Notes under the pieces: generated by a model
Told to the model about the DNA's origin: nothing
Databases searched by the model: none
The model's input: the letters and a program-made list of their open reading frames with translations, nothing else
Shown here: piece by piece, positions 1 to 9,868 of the stretch
How positions within the stretch are numbered: the first letter of the stretch is position 1
Layout: each line of letters begins with the position of its first letter
Assembly (NCBI GenBank): GCA_002256995.1
Contig: NCGX01000008.1
Location: 6,441-70,440 of the forward strand
From: Hydrogenophilales bacterium 16-64-40
Lineage (GTDB): Bacteria; Pseudomonadota; Gammaproteobacteria; Burkholderiales; Thiobacillaceae
DNA: 64,000 nt
Direction: 5' to 3'
Made by a program: the position numbers and the translations under genes

Positions 1-246
1 AGCTCGAATTGATTTCGCGCCGATGTCCGCCGCTTCGACAATATGGATCAGATCCAACGGTGTCCGGAGGGCAACCGCTGATTGAGGTAACAATAGGGCA
101 GTGAACCAAGGGGCAGGGCTCGAATGGACGCCACGCGCTTGACGGGTCTCGGGTCTCGCGATGTTCGGATTCTGTTCTTCGCGAGATGCGCCGGGTTAAA
201 CTTCCTGCTCCGCTGCCTTCTGGCCAATCTGGGGGAATAACCGACC

Positions 247-1206
247 ATGTCCCAGCAGCATCCCATCATCGCTGTCACCGGCTCGTCCGGTGCGGGTCTG
301 TCCACGATACGCCATGCGTTCAAGTTCATTTTCGAGCGCCTGAACATCAAACCCGCGATCGTTCATGGCGACGGTTTCCGGCGTTATACCGACCGGCAGT
401 TCGCCGCCTTGCTCGAGGAAGCGCGGGGCAGCGGCCGCAAGATTTCCTGGTTCGGGCCCGAGTGCAATCATTTCCAGGAGCTGGAATCGTTTTTCAGGAC
501 CTATGGCGAATGCGGCAGCGGGGTTTATCGCCAGTATGCGCACACGGCCGAGCACGGCGAGGAATTGGGGGTGCAAGCTGGCGAGTTCACGCCCTGGTCG
601 CCCCTGCAGCCGGGCAGCGATCTGTTGTTCTACGAGGGGCAGCATGGCGGCCTGATGGCCAACACCTGGACGCGCCGCAAAGTCGACTCGCGTCACTTTC
701 CGCCGCAAATAGACCGTCGCGCGGGACGCCAGGGCATCGACGTGGCCCAGCATGTGGACCTGCTGATCGGCGTGGTGCCTGCCATCAACCTGGAGTGGAT
801 ACAGAAGATCCACCGCGACTGCAAAAATGGCACGTGCACGCCCGAAGAATCGGTAGAAACCATCCTGCGTCGCATGGACGACTACATCCATTACCTCGTT
901 CCCCAATTCGGCCTGACTGATATCAATATCCAGCGCATGCCGCTGGTGGATACCTCCGACCCGTTCATTGCGCGCGACGTGCCGCTGGCCGACGAATCGC
1001 TGTGCGTCATCCACTTTCGCGACCGCGAGCGCCATGATTTTCCCGATTTGCTCAGGCGCATTCCCGACGCGTACATGTCGCGCCCGACCACGATGGTGGT
1101 TCCCAACAATGACCTGCGCCTAGCCCTCGGCATGATTTGTGGTCCGATTCTGGCCAGGTTCATGGAGGCGCGCAGCGCCGCAAGGAGCGCGAAAAAACCG
1201 GGTTAG
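247..1206 (+). CDS. prkB: Phosphoribulokinase (class II/proteobacterial type), divergent paralog
   Basis: HPIIAVTGSSGAG P-loop, FYEGxHG, NLEWIQKIHRD, ILRRM, PQFxxTDINxQRxPxVDTSxPFIAR and YMSR motifs match CbbP/PrkB. It has a ~23-aa insertion and altered substrate residues. Confidence 0.85.
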   Translation: MSQQHPIIAVTGSSGAGLSTIRHAFKFIFERLNIKPAIVHGDGFRRYTDRQFAALLEEARGSGRKISWFGPECNHFQELESFFRTYGECGSGVYRQYAHTAEHGEELGVQAGEFTPWSPLQPGSDLLFYEGQHGGLMANTWTRRKVDSRHFPPQIDRRAGRQGIDVAQHVDLLIGVVPAINLEWIQKIHRDCKNGTCTPEESVETILRRMDDYIHYLVPQFGLTDINIQRMPLVDTSDPFIARDVPLADESLCVIHFRDRERHDFPDLLRRIPDAYMSRPTTMVVPNNDLRLALGMICGPILARFMEARSAARSAKKPG

Positions 1207-1283
1207 CTCAATCTGCCCCTATTATTTGATTAATAAACAAGCATGGCCAACACTACTATTTGCGTGGTTTTAACCATTTGACT

Positions 1284-1300
1284 TGTCGAGAATCTTTACA
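1284..1300 (+). promoter_or_regulatory. Putative enhancer (bEBP/PrsR-type binding site) TGTCG-N5-CTTTAC upstream of PEP-CTERM gene 1
   Basis: TGTCGAGAATCTTTACA lies 62 nt upstream of a sigma-54 box. The same motif and spacing occur upstream of the second PEP-CTERM gene. Confidence 0.6.
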
Positions 1301-1361
1301 CATCAACTACATGAATTAAATAAAATGTCGTAACGATATGAAATAAAGTAGAAAAAATACC

Positions 1362-1377
1362 CGGTACGAATATTGCT
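1362..1377 (+). promoter_or_regulatory. Sigma-54 (-24/-12) promoter
   Basis: CGGTACG-AATA-TTGCT versus consensus TGGCACG-N4-TTGCW, in an AT-rich intergenic region 72 nt before the ATG at 1450. Confidence 0.65.
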
Positions 1378-1449
1378 TTATTTTTTAAAGTGCAAGTTGG
1401 ATTGTCTAAACTTGCTAAATAAAATTAAATAATATTTAAGGATAATGGC

Positions 1450-2406
1450 ATGAAAAACATAATTAAGTGTGCAAGAAGTCCCTGCAATACCGGATCAGAT
1501 AAAACGTTATCTGTTCTGGCATTGGCCGTGGTCGGAGCATTTTGCGGCGCTTCCCCGGCATGGGCGGCGCCAATACTGGGCTCGGATTTGGCGAGTTTTA
1601 CGGTTTTGGGTGCCGAGACGGTGACCAATGTCCCGACAAGCACCATCGTGGGAAATGTCGGTGTCTGGTCAAGCGGTGGTGCAAATGCAATCACGGGCTT
1701 TTCCTCTGTTTCAGGCACTGCGACGGCGGACTCGCAGGTGACTGGAGGGCTGGTACACGCAGGCACTGCGGCCGCGCAGTCGGCTCAGGCTCAACTTACC
1801 ACCGCGAGAATTAATCTTGATTCTCTGGGGACAGGTATCGTGTTGGCGGATGGGGATCTGACCCTTGCAGGGAGTCTTGCACCGGGCGTCTATACGGTGC
1901 CCTACGCGATCAGTAATTTGACAAGTGCACTCACTCTCGACGGCGGTGGAAACGCAAACGCGGTCTGGGTTTTTCAGATGGAAAGTTCTTTGATCACCTC
2001 GTCCAACTCGGTCGTGAACGTGATCAATACCGGTTCGGGTGCCGGCGTGTATTGGAATGTCCGCAGCTCCGCGACCATCGGTACAGACACTGCATTCGTG
2101 GGGAACATTCTCGCGCTCACCAGTATTTGGATGAATACCACTGCATCAGATCTTTGCGGCAGAGCCTTGGCGGATACGGGTGAGGTGACGTTGCAAATGA
2201 ACAGCCTCAACGGCATTTGCGCGGGCGAACTGGCTGGCAGCAACGGTTTGAGCGGCGGCCTTGATGTGACAACTACACCAGGTGGCGGAACGGAGGTCGT
2301 CTTTCTTCCATTCGTCGCCAACGGAACCGTCCCCGAGCCTGCCACATTGGCGCTGCTGGGCCTCGGACTCTTGGGGCTCGGATTTAGTCGACGTCGCCAA
2401 GCTTGA
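1450..2406 (+). CDS. PEP-CTERM surface protein with DUF3494 (ice-binding-like beta-solenoid) domain
   Basis: Signal peptide; FTVLGAETVTN, LAPGVY, LTLDGGGNANAVWVFQ, VYWNVRSSATIG, FVGNILA and GRALA..GEVTL are DUF3494 hallmarks; C-terminal VPEP-TM-RRR sorting signal. Confidence 0.9.
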   Translation: MKNIIKCARSPCNTGSDKTLSVLALAVVGAFCGASPAWAAPILGSDLASFTVLGAETVTNVPTSTIVGNVGVWSSGGANAITGFSSVSGTATADSQVTGGLVHAGTAAAQSAQAQLTTARINLDSLGTGIVLADGDLTLAGSLAPGVYTVPYAISNLTSALTLDGGGNANAVWVFQMESSLITSSNSVVNVINTGSGAGVYWNVRSSATIGTDTAFVGNILALTSIWMNTTASDLCGRALADTGEVTLQMNSLNGICAGELAGSNGLSGGLDVTTTPGGGTEVVFLPFVANGTVPEPATLALLGLGLLGLGFSRRRQA

Positions 2407-2494
2407 GACCAAGCGTTCTGCACAACCGGAGCAAGCGATGACTTGATCGAGATGGCTCGCCGAAACGGTTAGCCGGGTTGCAAATCAGGAAATG

Positions 2495-2526
2495 AAAATG
2501 GCGTGGAATTTTCCACGCCATTTTTT
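2495..2526 (+). terminator. Rho-independent terminator after PEP-CTERM gene 1
   Basis: AAAATGGCGTGGAA-TT-TTCCACGCCATTTTTT: perfect stem plus T tract. Confidence 0.8.
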
Positions 2527-2621
2527 GCGCCGTCGATTTGTCTGAAAAGGGTTTTTGAATGCCGCGTGCCTCATCGAAAAACAGTATGGGACAGACTGAG
2601 CTAGCCCGGGTTTTTCGCATT

Positions 2622-2650
2622 AAAAGGGGGCAGCGTGAGCTGCCCCCTTT
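2622..2650. terminator. Second strong hairpin (terminator-like, GTGA loop)
   Basis: AAAAGGGGGCAGC-GTGA-GCTGCCCCCTTT: 12-bp perfect stem with short T tracts on both strands. Confidence 0.5.
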
Positions 2651-2758
2651 CGCTTGCACTACAGTAAAAAAAACGGAATCAGACATCGCCATTTGGAACT
2701 TGACGCACGTCTTGTGAAAAATCATCGCCTTTCGGCCTTTCATCGATTAGGGTGCTTC

Positions 2759-3136
2759 ATGCGGACAAAAGTCATTGTTTATGCTGCGCTGCTTTCGCTG
2801 GGGTTCGTCATCCCGGCTTGGGCCACGCCACGCACCCTGCCTGTGTCGCCGGCCCAGGAGAAAGAAGCGCCGCTCATGAATGAACCCCGGCAAGAACGGG
2901 TTACGCCGCCGGTGCCGCCTCGCGGCCAGATGCTTTACGAGAATCACTGCATGTCCTGCCACGAAAGTGTCGTTCACATCCGTGGCAACCACCGTACCCG
3001 ATCGCTGGCGGAACTGCGGGGGAGGGTGTCGCATTGGGCAAACGCTTTGCACTTGCGCTGGGGCAAGGAAGAAGTCGAGGAGGTGGCGACCCACCTCAAT
3101 GATCATTATTACAAGTTCGAATCCCGCCAGAAATGA
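2759..3136 (+). CDS. Periplasmic monoheme c-type cytochrome
   Basis: Signal peptide, then GQMLYENHCMSCH (CxxCH) and a typical LNDHYYKF tail. The ATG at 2759 is preferred over the track start at 2654. Confidence 0.8.
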   Translation: MRTKVIVYAALLSLGFVIPAWATPRTLPVSPAQEKEAPLMNEPRQERVTPPVPPRGQMLYENHCMSCHESVVHIRGNHRTRSLAELRGRVSHWANALHLRWGKEEVEEVATHLNDHYYKFESRQK

Positions 3137-4080
3137 AACAAGCGCATCGAGAGGATGTGCCTATGCGTTGTAGCCAGGCATCCAAGGCAAGGCCGTCGCT
3201 ATGGATGTTGATGTTTGTGCTTGTCTGCGGAGTATGGCTCGCAAGCGGGAAGTCCTTTGCTGCCGTATCAGACATATCCGTCGAACCGCTACGCGCGAAG
3301 TACGCGGAATTGGGCGAGCAGCTGCGCAATAACGCGTTTCAAAGGGCGCTCTATCTTGATTCTTCGCAATCTTCGACCGATTTGAAGGGCGAAATCTACG
3401 CCGTGGTCGATTACCCGTTTGACATCGTCAACGGGGCGCTCAACAACCCTGCGCATTGGTGCGATGTGCTGATCCTGCACATCAACGTCAAATACTGTAA
3501 TGCGTCCAGACGCGCGGGCGGCACGGTCCTGACTGTCAATATCGGAAGGAAATTCTTTCAGCCACTGGAAGACGCCTATCGTCTCGATTTCAACTATCGA
3601 GCGGTCGTCACGACGCCGGCGTATTTCGCTCTGGAACTCAATGCCGATGACGGACCCTTGAGCACCCATGACTATCGCATCTGGATTGAAGCCACATCAC
3701 TTGATGATGGGCGCAGCTTTCTGCATGTCACCTATGCCTATGAGTTTGGTTTGATTGGCCGTCTTGCGATGCAAGTCTATCTGGCAACAATCGGCAGGGA
3801 TAAGGTCGGGTTTACCGTCACCGAAACACTGCCCGATGGCCGCCCTGTTTATATCAAAGGGGTTCGCGGCGTGGTGGAACGCAATACCATGCGCTACTAC
3901 CTGGCGATCGACGCCTATTTTGACGCGTTGACCACATCGCCCGAGGATCAGTTGGAGAAACGGTTGCAGAAGTGGTATCACAGCGCTGAACAATACGCCC
4001 GCCAACTGCATGAAGTCGAACGGGAGGATTACCTCGACATGAAACGAAGGGAGTACCAGCGCCAGCAGCTTGCGCAATAG
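3133..4080 (+). CDS. Conserved exported hypothetical protein
   Basis: 315-aa ORF with a signal/TM segment and protein-like composition. It overlaps the cytochrome stop (ATGA); an alternative start is at 3163. Confidence 0.7.
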   Translation: MKQAHREDVPMRCSQASKARPSLWMLMFVLVCGVWLASGKSFAAVSDISVEPLRAKYAELGEQLRNNAFQRALYLDSSQSSTDLKGEIYAVVDYPFDIVNGALNNPAHWCDVLILHINVKYCNASRRAGGTVLTVNIGRKFFQPLEDAYRLDFNYRAVVTTPAYFALELNADDGPLSTHDYRIWIEATSLDDGRSFLHVTYAYEFGLIGRLAMQVYLATIGRDKVGFTVTETLPDGRPVYIKGVRGVVERNTMRYYLAIDAYFDALTTSPEDQLEKRLQKWYHSAEQYARQLHEVEREDYLDMKRREYQRQQLAQ

Positions 4081-4171
4081 TGTCGGTGACGGCCTTGCCG
4101 GCGGCATATCGGGCCGGGAAGGCGAGCGGCGCTCGAGCCGCGCCGCCCGGCAGGAATAGTCAAACCCCGCC

Positions 4172-6535
<2,364 letters not shown>

Positions 6536-6702
6536 GGTTTGATTGACTGAATGAATCGGCCTCGGTGTCACGAGGCCGCGGGGCAAGTTTCCGGGTTGCG
6601 CATTATGCCTAATAGTCGGGGCTCGCTCATCCCTCCGTTGCTTCCCCGGTTTCTATAATGGGATTGGGCCAGGGGGCACGGGGATACGTGGAGGGATGGC
6701 AA

Positions 6703-7302
6703 ATGACCAAGTGGATATTCGAACCGGGACATTCCGACGCAGCGTTTGCCGTGCGGCACATGATGGTTTCGCACATGCGCGGCCTGTTCAAGAACGTGCA
6801 TGGCAGCATGGATTTCGACCCGGATAATCCGGCGGGCACCGCGGCCGTCGAGGCGACGATCAATGCGGCGGGCATCTGGACGGGAGACGATGAGCGCGAT
6901 GCGCATCTGCGGGGTGCGGACTTCCTGAATGTGGAGACGCATCCGGAGATCGGCTTTCGCAGCACCGAAGTCCGCTGCGCGGGCGAAGCCGACTTCATCG
7001 TCACGGGCGATCTCTCCCTCCGCGGCGTGACCCGTCCGGTCGTGCTGGCTACCCATTACTTGGGCCGCTGGCAGTGCCCCTACTGGGAAGGCGGCAAGGA
7101 CCTGGGGCCGACGACCCGCATCGGCTTCGTCGCCACCACGGCGATTAACCGTCATCACTTCGGCGTGAGTTGGAATGCGCCTCTGGACCGGGGGGGCGTG
7201 GTGGTCGGCGACGAGGTCGCGATCACCCTGGACGTCGAGGCCATTGCCGAATCCGACATGCAGCGGATCGCCGGGATTCTGCAGGGGGGTGAATCCAGTT
7301 AG
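6703..7302 (+). CDS. yceI: YceI family protein
   Basis: HSDAAFAVRHMMVSHMRGLF, INAAGIWTGDDERDAHLRGADFL and INRHHFGVSWN motifs. Confidence 0.9.
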   Translation: MTKWIFEPGHSDAAFAVRHMMVSHMRGLFKNVHGSMDFDPDNPAGTAAVEATINAAGIWTGDDERDAHLRGADFLNVETHPEIGFRSTEVRCAGEADFIVTGDLSLRGVTRPVVLATHYLGRWQCPYWEGGKDLGPTTRIGFVATTAINRHHFGVSWNAPLDRGGVVVGDEVAITLDVEAIAESDMQRIAGILQGGESS

Positions 7303-7418
7303 GGGCAAATAGATCCGGGTCGCCCCCCGTCTGGCCATTTTTTTTGCAGCGCATCGCGCGGACACTGGCCGGGGTACGCAGCTGCTATAACGAAGCTTCT
7401 GGTTGAAGGAGCGATGTC

Positions 7419-7877
7419 ATGCGCATGCAATTTTTTCTTGTCGCACCCCTGGTGGCCGCATTGGCGTTGACCGGTTGCGCCACCGAGGGACCCAGGGAGC
7501 AGGCCGGAACGATCATCGGCGGCGTGCTGGGCGGCGTGCTGGGGGCGCAGGTCGGCGGCGGCCACGGGCGGACGGTGGCGATCATCGCCGGCGCGCTGGC
7601 GGGGTCGGCGATCGGCGGGGCGGTGGGCGAGTCGATGGACGACAACGACCGCAGGAAGGTGGCGGAAACGCTGGAAGGCGTACGCACGGGCGTTCCCGCG
7701 GCCTGGATCAACCCCGACACCGGCGTGCAGTATTCGGTGACGCCCACCCGCACCTATGACACGGCCGCCGGACCGTGCCGGGAGTTCACCACCGGGGCCA
7801 TCATCGGCGCCAAGCGGGAAACCGTGTACGGCACGGCCTGCCGGCAGGCCGACGGCAGCTGGCAGGTGATGAACTGA
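7419..7877 (+). CDS. Glycine-zipper surface lipoprotein (17-kDa antigen/RT0821-like)
   Basis: Lipobox LTGC, glycine zipper GGVLGGVLGAQVGGG, C-terminal CREF..YGTACRQADGSW. Confidence 0.85.
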   Translation: MRMQFFLVAPLVAALALTGCATEGPREQAGTIIGGVLGGVLGAQVGGGHGRTVAIIAGALAGSAIGGAVGESMDDNDRRKVAETLEGVRTGVPAAWINPDTGVQYSVTPTRTYDTAAGPCREFTTGAIIGAKRETVYGTACRQADGSWQVMN

Positions 7878-7928
7878 CCGTGCGACCGGTACTTGGCGCG
7901 GGCAGTGAAACTCAAACAGGAGACTGCC

Positions 7929-8498
7929 ATGCACCGCGCTGAGCTCATCCGGGTAACAGCCATCGTGGCGCTCGCGCTGCTCGCCGCGCTCGGTATGCGC
8001 CCCGTCCACGCCGAGGAAACGGCGTGCGTCGGGATGCTGGTCGGCGTCACCGTCGATAATCTTCGCGTACCCAGCGGCAAGATCTGCACGCTCGATGCGA
8101 TCCGGGTGAAAGGCACGCTGAAGGTCGAGCGCGACGCGACGCTGTATGCGCGCCAGGTGAATGTGGTCGGCAACGTCCAGGCGGAAAACGCGAAGCAGGT
8201 CAGCGTGACGTCCGATTCGACGGTCGGCGGCAGCATCCAGATCAAGCAGGGCGGCGCGGCCACGGTACACCGGGTCAGGGTGACGGGCGACATCCTGTTC
8301 GAGTCCAATTCGGGCCCGTTGCGCGCGCACGAAAACAGGGTCGGCGGCAACCTGCAGGCCTTCCGGAACCGGGGCGGCGTCAGGATTGCAGGCAACGTGA
8401 TCGACGGCAAGCTGCAGTGCAAGGAAAATGTTCCCGCGCCAAAGGGCAGCAATAACCTTGTAAAAGGCAGCAAGGAAGACCAGTGCAGGCAGCTCTGA
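7929..8498 (+). CDS. Secreted hypothetical protein with beta-solenoid-like V-x-G repeats
   Basis: Signal peptide ending VHA; repeated (N/R)xVxGx(V/I/L) units; Cys pairs at both ends. Confidence 0.7.
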   Translation: MHRAELIRVTAIVALALLAALGMRPVHAEETACVGMLVGVTVDNLRVPSGKICTLDAIRVKGTLKVERDATLYARQVNVVGNVQAENAKQVSVTSDSTVGGSIQIKQGGAATVHRVRVTGDILFESNSGPLRAHENRVGGNLQAFRNRGGVRIAGNVIDGKLQCKENVPAPKGSNNLVKGSKEDQCRQL

Positions 8499-8507
8499 TT
8501 GATGCCG

Positions 8508-9743
8508 TCATCGCGCGGCATGGGGCGCTTCGCTGGTCAGCGCCTCGGCCCAGGCAAGCGATTGCAGCTGGACGAGATTGACTTCTTCCGGGCTGGAGGC
8601 AATTTCGTCGGCGTAGCGGGCGATCTGCTCGAAGTCGCTGCGCTCCGAAGCTTCGGCGAGTTTCAGGAAGGGCGCGTAGGGGCCGGTCTGGTGGACCAGG
8701 GCCTGAACGATGGGGTCGGGCATGGGCAGGAATTCAAGCAGCCGGGCGAGCGGGATTTCCATCAGCGGTTCTGCCAGTGAAAAAAGGCCGGTGATGAACA
8801 ACTCGTCCTGTGCTTCGCGGTTGAACCTGGATCGGCCGAGCAGTTCGCAGATGCGCCCGCGCGTCACGGCGGTGCGCGCCGCGAGGGCGTTGGTGGGTGT
8901 CGGGTTGGCGGTGATCAGGAGCAGCGCCAGCCAGCGATAAAGCGTCTTCAGGCCGATCTGGGTCAGGGCCTGACGCACGGTGTGGGCGTGCTGCTGCAGG
9001 CCCGAGGCGGCTGAATTGGCGTAGCGCAACAGGCGCAGGGTCAAGGCGGCATTGCGGCGCAGCGGCTCTTCGATCTCGGCAAGGTCTTCGCAGGCGCGCA
9101 CCTTGTTCATCAGTTCAAGCACCGCCAGCTGCCCCGGCTGGATGGTCTTGCTGGCGAGGTTCTCCGGATGGGCGAAATAATAGCCCTGAAAATACTCGAT
9201 GCCGCAGTTGCGGCAGAGGTCGAACATTTCGCGGCTTTCGACCTTTTCGGCGATGAACTGGCCGGTGAAATTGAGCCGGATGTGCGCGATGATCTCCGCG
9301 GTCTTTTCGGGAGGCTGCTCGAGCACGTCGAGCTTTACGAAGTCGACCATCGGCAGCAGCGGGCGGTATTCGTCCAGGCAGACGAAGTCATCCAGGGCAA
9401 AGCGGTAGCCGAGCTGCCGGAGTTCTCGGATGCGGGCGATCAGCACCGGCGTGACCGCCACGGTCTCGAGGATTTCGTAGACCACGTGACGGGGCGGGAG
9501 CAGACAGACGAAGTCGCTCATCAGGGTGGCTTCGTCGAGGTTGATGAAGGCGAGCTTGCCTTGCAGCAGCCAGTCGGGGCCGAGACAGAGGGTGTTGCTG
9601 ATGATCTCGACGCCGGCTTGCAGCTGGCTGGTGATCTGCGCCGAGACGGCGCTCATCGATTGTCTGAACAGGAGTTCGTAGGCGAACAGGCGATGTTCGG
9701 CGTCGACGATGGGTTGCCGTGCGAGAAAGGTTTCCTTGCCCAT
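8508..9743 (-). CDS. EAL + HDOD c-di-GMP phosphodiesterase (YuxH/PdeH-like)
   Basis: ARQPI, YELLFR, ALDDF, AEKVE and FQGYYF, followed by an HDOD-like helical domain. Confidence 0.85.
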   Translation of the reverse strand: MGKETFLARQPIVDAEHRLFAYELLFRQSMSAVSAQITSQLQAGVEIISNTLCLGPDWLLQGKLAFINLDEATLMSDFVCLLPPRHVVYEILETVAVTPVLIARIRELRQLGYRFALDDFVCLDEYRPLLPMVDFVKLDVLEQPPEKTAEIIAHIRLNFTGQFIAEKVESREMFDLCRNCGIEYFQGYYFAHPENLASKTIQPGQLAVLELMNKVRACEDLAEIEEPLRRNAALTLRLLRYANSAASGLQQHAHTVRQALTQIGLKTLYRWLALLLITANPTPTNALAARTAVTRGRICELLGRSRFNREAQDELFITGLFSLAEPLMEIPLARLLEFLPMPDPIVQALVHQTGPYAPFLKLAEASERSDFEQIARYADEIASSPEEVNLVQLQSLAWAEALTSEAPHAAR

Positions 9744-9868
9744 CCAGCGCTCCTCGAAAGACTTGTTATGGTTTTGTCATCACGAGCATACAGTTCATTG
9801 CAGGACAACGCTCAAGGGATTGGTTCGGCGGCGGGTTCCCCCGCAATGGCCGGTAAGCGGCCAGGCGC

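Noticed and set aside
1-246. Possible gene end or leader before the PRK-like gene
   Set aside because: No recognisable protein or RNA motif, and context is cut off by the window edge.
1207-2420. Prophage or genomic-island interpretation of the AT-rich patch
   Set aside because: No integrase, tRNA or att repeats. The AT richness is explained by a sigma-54/IHF promoter.
2700-2713. TTGAC-N4-GTCTT, FNR-like box before the cytochrome gene
   Set aside because: The right half-site is poor and could arise by chance.
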